Assembly (NCBI GenBank): GCA_031367385.1 | Contig: JANLPS010000221.1 | Location: forward strand, 1-20,297 | DNA from: Archangium sp. | GTDB lineage: Bacteria > Myxococcota > Myxococcia > Myxococcales > Myxococcaceae | Direction: 5' to 3' | Length of the DNA: 20,297 nucleotides | Shown here: in pieces, positions 8,960 to 17,194 of the stretch | How positions within the stretch are numbered: position 1 is the stretch's first letter | How the letters are laid out: each line of letters starts with the position of its first letter | Translations under genes and position numbers: made by a program | The notes under the pieces: model-generated | The model's input: the letters and a program-made list of their open reading frames with translations, nothing else | Told to the model about the DNA's origin: nothing | Databases searched by the model: none

Positions 8960-8978
8960 TACTTGGAGTTCCAATGAA
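8960..8978 (+). promoter_or_regulatory. 19-bp block TACTTGGAGTTCCAATGAA (RBS GGAG within TTGGA-GT-TCCAA palindrome, plus start codon), copy 1
   Basis: Exact duplicate of 12098-12116. Confidence 0.75.
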
Positions 8979-9759
8979 GCTACGAGCCTTGTCGGTGAGT
9001 ACGTTCGAAACGGCGCTCCCGCGGCTCAGAGCGCGACCAGTCACGCAGCTGAAGTCGACGCTCTACATCCCGGCTCCAACGCCTGTCTCGCTCGAGGCTT
9101 TGGCGGCCGGTCAGCAAGAGTCGGGTTTTTCAATGCCAGCCCCCTTGAGGGCCGTTGCCATTCAGAGCGTGATGTCGGTGAAGACGCCGGCCGAGTACAT
9201 CTTGGCGACCCAGATTCACGTGCAGCGCGTCGGGTTGCTCGCCCAGGAGTTGCTGCGGCGTCACCCCGGGCTCTTCTCTCGAGTCGAAGCGCCCGTGCTG
9301 GCGGAGTTCGCGAGCTTGCATGACGCGGCCAAGACCACCACTGACGCAGCGTTTCTCGCCGAGCATCACCTCGACCGGCCGTTGGCCGATGAGCTTGCCG
9401 CTCAGTGGGGCTCTTTGCTCAAAGTCTCTCGCGATGCGCCGAACCCGCTGGTCGAAAAACTGAATCGGGTCGACCACGCCGTCGAGAACGCGTTCTTCGC
9501 CAGTCGCGGCATCGTGCCAGAGCTCGCCGCGCACTACCGCTTGATCGTCGAAGTGGCTGACAAAGTCGACCGGGGCATGTCGCTGCTCTCGCGCTACGAA
9601 GAAATGGGCAAGACGGCAGTGCCGGTGGGCGAGTACTTGAAGACCTCGAGCAACCCACGAGATCAGCTGGTCGCCCAGCTCGCGCAGGGCCTCGAGGCTG
9701 ACTACGAGAAGCTGATTCCTGAGAAAATGAATTACCACTCCGAGCGCCCCGCTCGGTAG
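8974..9759 (+). CDS. Putative HD-superfamily metal-dependent phosphohydrolase, paralog A
   Basis: H (IHVQRV) ... HD (LHDAAK) ... D (VADKVDRG) in the HD-domain order. Gapless alignment to 12112-12765. ~66-aa Pro/Ser/Ala-rich N-terminal extension. Confidence 0.75.
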   Translation: MKLRALSVSTFETALPRLRARPVTQLKSTLYIPAPTPVSLEALAAGQQESGFSMPAPLRAVAIQSVMSVKTPAEYILATQIHVQRVGLLAQELLRRHPGLFSRVEAPVLAEFASLHDAAKTTTDAAFLAEHHLDRPLADELAAQWGSLLKVSRDAPNPLVEKLNRVDHAVENAFFASRGIVPELAAHYRLIVEVADKVDRGMSLLSRYEEMGKTAVPVGEYLKTSSNPRDQLVAQLAQGLEADYEKLIPEKMNYHSERPAR

Positions 9760-9765
9760 CTGGCT

Positions 9766-10153
9766 TCAGGGGGTCGTCGCAGTCGCGACTTCGCCAGCGC
9801 CGAGTTGGTCAGTCTCGATCGCCGTTTCGAGGTCGAGCTGAGGCAGGTGCATCGGTGTCACCGACTCACTGCGTACCGGCCGCGCGGTGAGCTCGAGGGG
9901 CGGAGCGTGGAGTGAAATCTCGAAGCGCTCTCGGTGGCGCGTTTTCGCAGGTCGGGCGTTCGAGCTGTTCGAAGAAGGTCCTTCGCGCGGTGTGCGTTGA
10001 CTTGCCATTGGCAGTCTCGTGCGACTCGACGCCACGCAAGGTGACATCGACGCCTGTGACTGGCCGAAGCTGGGGGCTTTGAATCACGACGAAGACTCGA
10101 AGCACGGCGCCGGCGAGCGGGCGTGCCGGCTCGTGCTCGAGTTCGGTTTCCAT
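9766..10153 (-). pseudogene. Probable frameshifted/deleted gene remnant (possibly arrestin/Spo0M-like beta-sandwich)
   Basis: Third-position GC bias is in the 10153 frame (LRVFVVIQSPQLRPVTGVDVTLRGVE...TFFEQLE) down to ~9960, then switches to the frame ending at 9766 (ERFEISLHAPPLELTARP...LDLETAIE). Fold guess is weak. Confidence 0.4.
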
Positions 10154-10201
10154 CGGCGCACTTGGAGTGACCGACGGGCCGTGGCGGTAGTCGCCTCTTG
10201 C

Positions 10202-10534
10202 TTACCGCGCTGCCGTCATCGCATCAGAGCCACCGGCCACCTTTACAATCTTGTTGTAGACCCCGAAGAGCAACAGCGTCGGCACCCACTGGCCGAAGAA
10301 CAGCCCGAGCTGGCCCCCCCGAGTGGGCATGTTGAAGAAGCGTGAGCGCTTTGGCTGCCGCAGTTGCGTGATCAGCGAGAGCGCGATCGCCCCACCGGCG
10401 GCCCACAGAAAGAGGTCTGAGGGCAGCTTCGCGGTCTGGCTCTCAATCGCCCGAGCGACTGGGCCCTCGCGCATGGCGCCGGGCGCGGTGACAGGGGTGC
10501 GCTCTTCAAACGGAAAATTCGATGAAACTTGCAT
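10202..10534 (-). CDS. Small conserved-looking membrane protein (110 aa, two hydrophobic segments)
   Basis: Strong RBS AGGAGA (10540-10545) before the ATG. Motifs EGPVARAIESQTAKLPSDLFLWAA and LFFGQWVPTLLLFGVYNKIVK resemble a widespread hypothetical family (recognition from memory, unverified). Confidence 0.8.
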   Translation of the reverse strand: MQVSSNFPFEERTPVTAPGAMREGPVARAIESQTAKLPSDLFLWAAGGAIALSLITQLRQPKRSRFFNMPTRGGQLGLFFGQWVPTLLLFGVYNKIVKVAGGSDAMTAAR

Positions 10535-10575
10535 GGGTTTCTCCTGATGTTGGGTTGAGTTGAGTGGCCCGACTC

Positions 10576-10591
10576 AGCAAGCACCGTGCCT
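10576..10591 (-). promoter_or_regulatory. Sigma-54 (-24/-12) promoter for the 110-aa membrane protein
   Basis: AGGCACGGTGCTTGCT matches TGGCACG-N4-TTGCW with one mismatch and exact GG-N10-GC spacing, about 40 nt upstream of the ATG. Confidence 0.7.
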
Positions 10592-10682
10592 CGCCCGCCG
10601 GGGCGCTCGCGCGAGGTGTCGATCAGCATCGCCACACTCGAGGCTCCGTTCTCGTGACCGAATCGGCGATGGTACGGCCGCT

Positions 10683-12026
10683 ATGACGGCTGTTCGAACC
10701 GAGCTCAAGGCGCTGTGGCAACTGGCCTTGCCGCTGGCGCTGGCTCAAACGGGCCAGGCGTTGATGGGCATGGTCGACACCGCGGTGGTTGGCCGGCTCT
10801 CGGCCACCGCACAGGGCGGGGCGGGGTTGGGCAACTCGCTCACCTTCACCGTCATTTTCTTGGGCATGGGCGTGATGATGGGCCTCGACCCGCTGATCGC
10901 GCAGGCGTTCGGCGCCGGCGATAAAACCCGAGCGCGCTCGCTCTACTGGGCAGGCGTGTGGTTGGCAGCCATCACTTCGGTGGTGCTGATGCTGCTCACA
11001 GCGTGTTTGCCGTTGATTCTGTTGCCCTTCGGCGTCGACGCAGAGGTCGCCAAGGGTGCACGAGAATTCATCTGGTGGCGGCTGCCAGGAGTGCCCGCGG
11101 CGCTGCTCTTCATCGGCGCGCGCTCGTATCTCCAGGCGGTGGGCCGGGCCCATGTGATGTTCTTGGCGATGCTGGTCGCGAACGTCGCCAACTTCGGGCT
11201 CGATCTGGTGCTCGTCTTCGGGGCTGGGCCGATTCCTCCACTTGGCGTCGCGGGCGCAGCACTCTCGACCTCGCTGTGCTCGTACCTGCAGTTCGCGCTG
11301 TTGGCCTTGGCCCTCGGGCCATCGGTGCCCGGCGTGGTACGCCGCTTCGAGCCCGTCGCGCTCAAGCAAGCCGCGCGGTTGGGCTTACCCATCGGCCTCA
11401 CCTTGATCGCCGAGTCAGGCATCTTCACCCTGGTCGGCTTGTTCGCGGCTCGGTTGGGCGAGGCGCCCATCGCCGCACACCAAATTGCCCTTTCCTGGGC
11501 GAGTGTCAGCTTCTGCGTCGCGGTCGGCATCGGCAGCGCGGGAGGCGTGCGGGTCGGCTGGGGCGTTGGCCGTCGCGATACGCCCTCGGCACGTCGCTCG
11601 GGCTTCGTCGCGCTCGCGAGCGGCGCCGCGTTCATGGCCTGTGCGTCGCTGGCGTTCGTCCTCTTTCCCTCCCAGCTGGCTCGGCTGATGTCGACCCAGC
11701 CCGAGGTCATCGCCGTCGCCACCTCGCTGTTTTGGGTGACCGCCGTCTTTCAGGTCTCCGACGGGCTCCAGGCCATCGGGGCGGGCGTGCTTCGCGGCGT
11801 GGGCGACACCCGCTTCGTCTTTTGGGTCAACATTCTTGGCCATTGGTTGATTGGCTTGCCGATTGCGTACTGGCTGGGAGTGAGGGGGACGACCGGAGTC
11901 GTTGGGCTGTGGTGGGGTCTGTCAGCGGGGCTGACGGCAGTGGGCGTTTGCCTGCTCGTGCGGTTCGCAGTGCTCTCTCGCTCAGAGCTCGTGCCTTTGG
12001 CGCAGGCCGCTTCGAAGCTCGACTGA
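10683..12026 (+). CDS. MATE-family efflux transporter (NorM-type)
   Basis: About 12 hydrophobic segments. MGMVDTAVVG, LGLPIG..IAE, AAHQIA, QVSDGLQ..GVLRGVGDT. The C-lobe Glu/Asp pair typical of NorM is present. Start at ATG 10683. Confidence 0.93.
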   Translation: MTAVRTELKALWQLALPLALAQTGQALMGMVDTAVVGRLSATAQGGAGLGNSLTFTVIFLGMGVMMGLDPLIAQAFGAGDKTRARSLYWAGVWLAAITSVVLMLLTACLPLILLPFGVDAEVAKGAREFIWWRLPGVPAALLFIGARSYLQAVGRAHVMFLAMLVANVANFGLDLVLVFGAGPIPPLGVAGAALSTSLCSYLQFALLALALGPSVPGVVRRFEPVALKQAARLGLPIGLTLIAESGIFTLVGLFAARLGEAPIAAHQIALSWASVSFCVAVGIGSAGGVRVGWGVGRRDTPSARRSGFVALASGAAFMACASLAFVLFPSQLARLMSTQPEVIAVATSLFWVTAVFQVSDGLQAIGAGVLRGVGDTRFVFWVNILGHWLIGLPIAYWLGVRGTTGVVGLWWGLSAGLTAVGVCLLVRFAVLSRSELVPLAQAASKLD

Positions 12027-12097
12027 CGAACGGCACCGCTCGCGCCTGCTTGAATGGTGGAATGGCGCCTGATGCAAGAAGGTGCAACTCGAATGAG

Positions 12098-12116
12098 TAC
12101 TTGGAGTTCCAATGAA
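12098..12116 (+). promoter_or_regulatory. 19-bp block TACTTGGAGTTCCAATGAA, copy 2
   Basis: Exact duplicate of 8960-8978, at the same position relative to the start codon. Confidence 0.75.
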
Positions 12117-12765
12117 AAAGAAACATCTCCCTTCCCACCTCAATGCGCTCACTCTGGGAGAGACCCGCAAGCGCCTCTTGTCGGTGCAGAACCCGGCCGA
12201 GTTCATTCTCGCCACCCGAATGCACGTCAAGCGGGTCTGCCTCCTCGCCCAAGAATTGTTGCGCCGGCACCTCGACGAATTTCCAGGCGTTGACCCGGTG
12301 GTGCTGGCCGAGTTCGCTGGCATTCACGACAGCGCGAAAATCACGACTGCCCCCGAATTTCTCGCCGAGCACAAGCTCGAGCGACCGCTGGCCGACGACC
12401 TGGCGCATCATTGGGGCACGCTGCTCAAGGCGACGCCCGACGCGTCGAACGCGCTGGTCGAGCAGGTCAACCGCGTCGATCACGCCGTCGAAGATGCGTT
12501 CTTCAAAGAGCGTGGCATCTCTCGCCAGACCGAGGCGCGCTACCGGCTCGTCGTCGAGGTCGCCGACAAGGTCGACCGCGGCATGTCTCCGTTGTCTCGC
12601 TTCGAAGAGATGGGCAAGCGGGCGGTGCGGGTCGCGGAGTACTTGAAGCGCTCGGGTGATGCGCGCGATGAGGTGGTCGCTCGCCTCGCCACCGAGCTCG
12701 AGGCCGACTACACGAAGCTGATACCCAAGACGATGAACTACTTCGACGCGCGAATGGCGCCGTAG
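12112..12765 (+). CDS. Putative HD-superfamily metal-dependent phosphohydrolase, paralog B
   Basis: MHVKRV ... IHDSAK ... VADKVDRG. About 125/188 identical (hand count) to paralog A. Short basic N-terminus. 3' end overlaps the convergent DUF3667 gene by 28 nt. Confidence 0.75.
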   Translation: MKKKHLPSHLNALTLGETRKRLLSVQNPAEFILATRMHVKRVCLLAQELLRRHLDEFPGVDPVVLAEFAGIHDSAKITTAPEFLAEHKLERPLADDLAHHWGTLLKATPDASNALVEQVNRVDHAVEDAFFKERGISRQTEARYRLVVEVADKVDRGMSPLSRFEEMGKRAVRVAEYLKRSGDARDEVVARLATELEADYTKLIPKTMNYFDARMAP

Positions 12766-13487
12766 ATGAAGCCGGCCGACACCCCCAGGCCGACGGTGAT
12801 GACCACGAAGCTGAAGGTGGCGACGACCGCGAAGACGACCAGGCGGCGCAGCAACACCTTCCACGGCTCCTGATGCACTCGCCGCAACGCCATCACGAAG
12901 AACACGCCCGTCGTGAGGCCGCCAAGCTGAGTCCATAGCTGTTGAGAGAAGAGTCGGGCGGGCGCGAGCGCCAGACCCATCACGTTGCCGGCGCTCATCG
13001 CGTGCAGCATGAACACGAAATGCTCTGCGAAGCGCACGCCGCGGCTGCGATAGGTGAACGTCAGCACCGCGGTGCCGAAGAGCACGAACAGCAATGAAAT
13101 GAGCTGCATGTGGCTCGAGATGAAGGCGATCCACTCCAACGCTTCGGGCGGCGCGTCGGGTTGGCCGGCGACCACCTCTTTGCCATCGACCGCGAGGTGA
13201 ATGTAGGTGCTCGCGGGCATCAGAAAGAGCGAGAGCGCCAAGGTCACCACATACAAGCGCACCGGCTTCTCGTAGCGCTCACGGCGGCCGGCCAGATACT
13301 CGACGGTCAGAAACCCCGGCACCAACAAGCCGCGAACGGTCGCCAAGAAACGCCCATCGACCCGCAGCAGGTAGCGCACCAGGTCGTCGAAGACATGCCG
13401 CATCGACGGCCGCAGCTCACCTTGGCGCTGACCGCACTGCGGGCAGTACGCAGACTCGACCGCCGCGCCGCAGTTGGGGCAGCTCAC
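12738..13487 (-). CDS. DUF3667 domain membrane protein
   Basis: N-terminal CPNCG..YCPQCGQ zinc ribbon, DGRF..T..LL.PG.LT.EY..GRR.RY..P.RLY signature, then about five TM segments. GTG start abuts the GT2 stop. Confidence 0.85.
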   Translation of the reverse strand: MSCPNCGAAVESAYCPQCGQRQGELRPSMRHVFDDLVRYLLRVDGRFLATVRGLLVPGFLTVEYLAGRRERYEKPVRLYVVTLALSLFLMPASTYIHLAVDGKEVVAGQPDAPPEALEWIAFISSHMQLISLLFVLFGTAVLTFTYRSRGVRFAEHFVFMLHAMSAGNVMGLALAPARLFSQQLWTQLGGLTTGVFFVMALRRVHQEPWKVLLRRLVVFAVVATFSFVVITVGLGVSAGFIYGAIRASK

Positions 13488-14996
13488 TTACGCAGCGACG
13501 CCGGGCTCTGCGTCGACCGCGACTTCGGTCTTCTTGGGTGCGCGCGGCCGAAACTCGACCAGGCTCAAGATGCCGACGTACAGAAACCCGACCTGAAACA
13601 GCACCAGGTACGGCAGCGAGGGCCAGATGTCGTTGTCCCACGCGTAGTAGATCGCCGCGGTGAAGTAGGCCCCGAACCCGAGCTCGATGAACGGCACCCA
13701 GCTGCGCTTGCCGCGGTACGCCTTCTTCACCGACAGCACGGCCTTGCCCTCGCTGCCCGTCTTCGGCGTACGCGCGAAGTCAGATTGGCGGTCGAGCAGT
13801 GCTTCGAGCACCGCCTTCGCTTGGTTGATGGCCATGCCGATGCCCAGGCTCATCAAGAAGGGCAGGTACTTGATGCGCTCCCACCAGGTCGCACCGATTT
13901 CACGCTGGGTCGCGACGTAGAAGAAGCTCACCGAGAAGGTCGCCGACACGAAGATCGGCAGGTCGAGCAGAATCGTCGCGTACAGGTTGTGCTTGAAGCG
14001 AATGATCATCGATAACGGCATCATCAGCGAGAGCACCACGATCAACAGGTACGCGAAGTTGTTGGTCAGGTGAAAGAACGCCTCGCGCTTGATTCGAAAC
14101 GGCAGGCTCGAGCGCAGAATCGTCGGCAACAGCTTCTTCGCCGTTTGAATAGAGCCCTTCGCCCAGCGGTGCTGCTGGCTCTTGTACGCGTTCATGTCGA
14201 CAGGCACTTCGGCGGGCGAGACGATGTCGGGCAAGAAGATGAACTGCCAGCCCTTGAGCTGCGCGCGGTACGACAAGTCGAGGTCTTCGGTCAGCGTGTC
14301 GTGCTGCCAGCCGCCGGCGTCTTGAATGGTCTCGCGGCGCCAGATGCCAGCGGTGCCGTTGAAATTGAAGAAGCAGCCCGAGCGGTTTCGCGCGGTGTGC
14401 TCGATCATGAAGTGACCGTCGAGCAAGATGCTCTGCGCCTGGGTGAGCAGCGAGAACTCGCGGTTCAAGTGGCCCCAGCGCACCTGCACCATGCCGGTCT
14501 TGGCGTCGCTGAAGAAGGGCACCGTGCGGGTCAAGAAATCGGGTGCTGGCACGAAGTCGGCGTCGAACACCGCGACGAGCTCGCCCTTCGCTGAATGCAG
14601 GCCGTTCTCGAGCGCCCCCGCCTTGAAGCCCAGGCGGTTGGTGCGGCGCACGTAGACGATGTCGATGCCCGCCGCACGCCAGCGGTCGACCACTGCGGTG
14701 GCGATGGCGCAGGTCTCATCGGTCGAATCGTCGAGCACCTGCACTTCGAACAAATCGCGGGGGTACTCGAGGCGGCACACCGAGTCGATCAGCCGCTCGA
14801 CCACGTACATCTCGTTGAAAATCGGCAGCTGCACCGTCACCCGGGGCAGCGTGACGAGCTTGGTCTTGGGCGTCGGCAACGCGAACTTGTGGCGGTAATA
14901 CAAAAACGCCATTCGATAACGGTGCGACCCGTACAAAGAGAGCACGGAGAGCACCGAAAAGTAGACGGCCAGAAATACGATTTCAGCGGTGCTCAT
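13488..14996 (-). CDS. Processive GT2 glycosyltransferase (cellulose-synthase-like, CslA/CESA_CaSu_A2-type)
   Basis: VTVQLPIFNE, QVLDDSTD, GFKAGAL, FDADF, FNGTAG, TEDLD, QQHRWAKG (D,D,D,QxxRW). N-terminal and C-terminal TM helices. Start at MSTAE (14996). Confidence 0.92.
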   Translation of the reverse strand: MSTAEIVFLAVYFSVLSVLSLYGSHRYRMAFLYYRHKFALPTPKTKLVTLPRVTVQLPIFNEMYVVERLIDSVCRLEYPRDLFEVQVLDDSTDETCAIATAVVDRWRAAGIDIVYVRRTNRLGFKAGALENGLHSAKGELVAVFDADFVPAPDFLTRTVPFFSDAKTGMVQVRWGHLNREFSLLTQAQSILLDGHFMIEHTARNRSGCFFNFNGTAGIWRRETIQDAGGWQHDTLTEDLDLSYRAQLKGWQFIFLPDIVSPAEVPVDMNAYKSQQHRWAKGSIQTAKKLLPTILRSSLPFRIKREAFFHLTNNFAYLLIVVLSLMMPLSMIIRFKHNLYATILLDLPIFVSATFSVSFFYVATQREIGATWWERIKYLPFLMSLGIGMAINQAKAVLEALLDRQSDFARTPKTGSEGKAVLSVKKAYRGKRSWVPFIELGFGAYFTAAIYYAWDNDIWPSLPYLVLFQVGFLYVGILSLVEFRPRAPKKTEVAVDAEPGVAA

Positions 14997-15159
14997 CGCG
15001 AAAAGCCGGCCTCTCAACCCCCCGGAATACTGGAGTTTTTACCCTCTCCGGGCCCAAAGGAACGAGCCCTTCTAGGGAGGAAGGCCCCCAGAGTCAAAAG
15101 GTTCTTGGGCGAATTTGCGGGCTTGTGTGCACTGGCAGTGGCTGCCTTGGTGCCGGGCC

Positions 15160-16188
15160 GTGAGCGACCCGACCCCTGAAACCGGCCTCAAATTTCGGCT
15201 GGGCCGCATCCCCGTGCTGGTGCGGCCGGTGTTCTTCCTGATTCCGCTCCTGGGGGCGTTTCAATTGCCGCCGGTGCAGATCGCGATTTGGGCGGTGATC
15301 GTCTTCTTCTCGGTGTTGCTGCACGAGCTGGGGCACGCCTGGGCGATGCAGGCGTTCGGGTTTGCGCCGAGCGTCGAGCTTCACGGCATGGGGGGCCTGA
15401 CCCACTGGCCCGAGCGCGCTGCACCGAGCGCTGCGGTCAACCTGGCAGTCAGCCTCGCCGGGCCCGGCATTCAGCTGCTGCTCGGGCTCGCGGTGTGGGG
15501 GCTCTCGCGCACCCTGGCGCTCTCGCCGATGCTCAGCTTCGTGGCCGGGCAGCTGGTGTGGGTGAACATCGGCTGGGCGCTGGTGAACCTGCTGCCGATT
15601 CTGCCGTGGGACGGCGGCAATTCACTCGATGCCTTCATTCGGGTGCTCACCAAGTCGCCAATTCGCAACAAAGTGGTCGGCGGGGTCAGCATGGTGGGCG
15701 GCGTCGCGGCCATCGCGTTCGCGCTCAAGAAAGAAGCGGTGCTGTTCGGGTACTTCGGCCTGATGGGCGTGGTGCACGGGTGGCGACGGTGGCAGAGCCC
15801 GCCGCAGAAGTCGTTCTCGGAGCTGCTGGCAGAGAGCGATGATCAAGCGGTTCGCACCGCCTTTGATGAGCGGCTGGAAGCCGGTGACCTGGTCTCGGTT
15901 GACCTCATCACCACCGAGCTGTTCGGCCAGAAGCGATATATTCTGGCTGCGTCATTGCTCCACGAGCTCGTCCTCCGGCGCAGCGATGCCCGCGCCGCGT
16001 ACAACTTGGCGTGCACCTTCTGCCAACTCGCGCGCTTCGACGAAGCCGAGGCCATTCTCGAGCGCGCCATCGTGCTTGGGCTCCAGAACCCGAACATGCT
16101 CGTGACCGATGAAGACCTGGCCCCGCTGCGAGGCAGGGCCGACTTTCAGGCATTGGCAGCGAAGGTCAGCCAGTCGCCGCGGCCATGA
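15160..16188 (+). CDS. Site-2 protease (M50 family) with C-terminal TPR-like domain
   Basis: HELGH, AGP, NLLPILPWDGG. C-terminal AAYNLAC...AI.LG......DEDL..LRG..DF. GTG start at 15160 assumed. Confidence 0.9.
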   Translation: MSDPTPETGLKFRLGRIPVLVRPVFFLIPLLGAFQLPPVQIAIWAVIVFFSVLLHELGHAWAMQAFGFAPSVELHGMGGLTHWPERAAPSAAVNLAVSLAGPGIQLLLGLAVWGLSRTLALSPMLSFVAGQLVWVNIGWALVNLLPILPWDGGNSLDAFIRVLTKSPIRNKVVGGVSMVGGVAAIAFALKKEAVLFGYFGLMGVVHGWRRWQSPPQKSFSELLAESDDQAVRTAFDERLEAGDLVSVDLITTELFGQKRYILAASLLHELVLRRSDARAAYNLACTFCQLARFDEAEAILERAIVLGLQNPNMLVTDEDLAPLRGRADFQALAAKVSQSPRP

Positions 16189-17149
16189 CGTGTGAGGGCT
16201 CGGCCACCACCTCGGGGCCGACCTGCACCGGGTCGAGGGTCGCCGCGAGCAAGATGCGCTCACACAGGTCTTCGAAGGCGATGCCCGCGGCCTTGGCGAT
16301 CTTCGGCAGCAGGCTGGTCTTGGTCATGCCGGGCAACGTGTTGACCTCGAGCACCACGTCGTTGGCGGTGTCGGAGCAGATGAAGTCGACCCGGGCGTAG
16401 CCGCGAATGCCGAGCGCCCTGGTGGCGGCCAGCGCCATCGCTTCGACGTTGAGCAGCCGCGTCGCCGACAACCTCGCGGGCAGGTGGTACTTCGCGCCGC
16501 CCTGGTACTTGGTGGCGAAGTCGAAGGTGCCCCCATTGAAGGTCATTTCGCAGGTGCCGAGCACGCGATCGCCGAGCACGCCAACGGTGACTTCGCGCCC
16601 TTTGATCTGCCGCTCGATCAGCGCTTCACCGCCATAGCGACACGCTTGAACCACCGCAGGGCGAAGCTGATCTCGGGTGTGAACCAGCGTCAGGCCCACC
16701 GATGAGCCTCCGTTGGCCGGCTTGACCACGCAGGGAAAGCCGAGGTCCAAGTGGCGCTCTTCGAGGTGCCCCAGGTCGGCTTGCGTGACGACGTAGCCGG
16801 TGGGCGTCGCCAGGTTGTGTTGGCGAAAGAGCTTCTTCGCGACGTTCTTGCTCATGGCCAGCGCCGAGGCGAGCGTGCCCGACCCGGTGTAGGGTATGCC
16901 GAGCACCTCGAGCAGCCCTTGCACGCGGCCGTCTTCGCCCATGCGGCCGTGAAGCGCGATGAACGCGACGTCGATCTTCGAGTGGCGCAGCGTCTGATCG
17001 AGCCCCGGGCCCGCGAAGACCCGCACCACCTCGTGGCCACGGCTCTCGAGCGCGGCGGCGACGGCTTCACCCGTCTTGATCGAGATCTCCCGCTCTTCGC
17101 CCCAGCCGCCCATCAACACGCCAACTCGTCGATTCTGAAGGTGCTGCAT
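16166..17149 (-). CDS. ddl: D-alanine--D-alanine ligase
   Basis: MGG..EEREIS, LHGRMGEDG, PYTGS, VKP..GGSSVG, omega-loop FDFATKY, ARVDF, LEVNTLPGMT..SL.P. RBS GGAGG at 17158-17162. Confidence 0.93.
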   Translation of the reverse strand: MQHLQNRRVGVLMGGWGEEREISIKTGEAVAAALESRGHEVVRVFAGPGLDQTLRHSKIDVAFIALHGRMGEDGRVQGLLEVLGIPYTGSGTLASALAMSKNVAKKLFRQHNLATPTGYVVTQADLGHLEERHLDLGFPCVVKPANGGSSVGLTLVHTRDQLRPAVVQACRYGGEALIERQIKGREVTVGVLGDRVLGTCEMTFNGGTFDFATKYQGGAKYHLPARLSATRLLNVEAMALAATRALGIRGYARVDFICSDTANDVVLEVNTLPGMTKTSLLPKIAKAAGIAFEDLCERILLAATLDPVQVGPEVVAEPSHVMAAATG

Positions 17150-17194
17150 GTGTATGGCCTCCGTGCCGCGCTGGAGCGCGTCGAAGCGTGAATG

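Noticed and set aside
12031..12046. Sigma-54 promoter for HD paralog B (CGGCACCGCTCGCGCC)
   Set aside because: Spacing fits, but the -12 element lacks TT and no equivalent was seen upstream of paralog A.
8960..12116. 19-bp direct repeats as att sites or target-site duplication of a mobile element
   Set aside because: No integrase or transposase. The repeats sit at homologous positions (starts) of paralogous genes, which duplication explains better.
16166..17149. Van-type D-Ala-D-Lac ligase
   Set aside because: The omega loop keeps KY and there are no vanH/vanX/vanRS neighbours.
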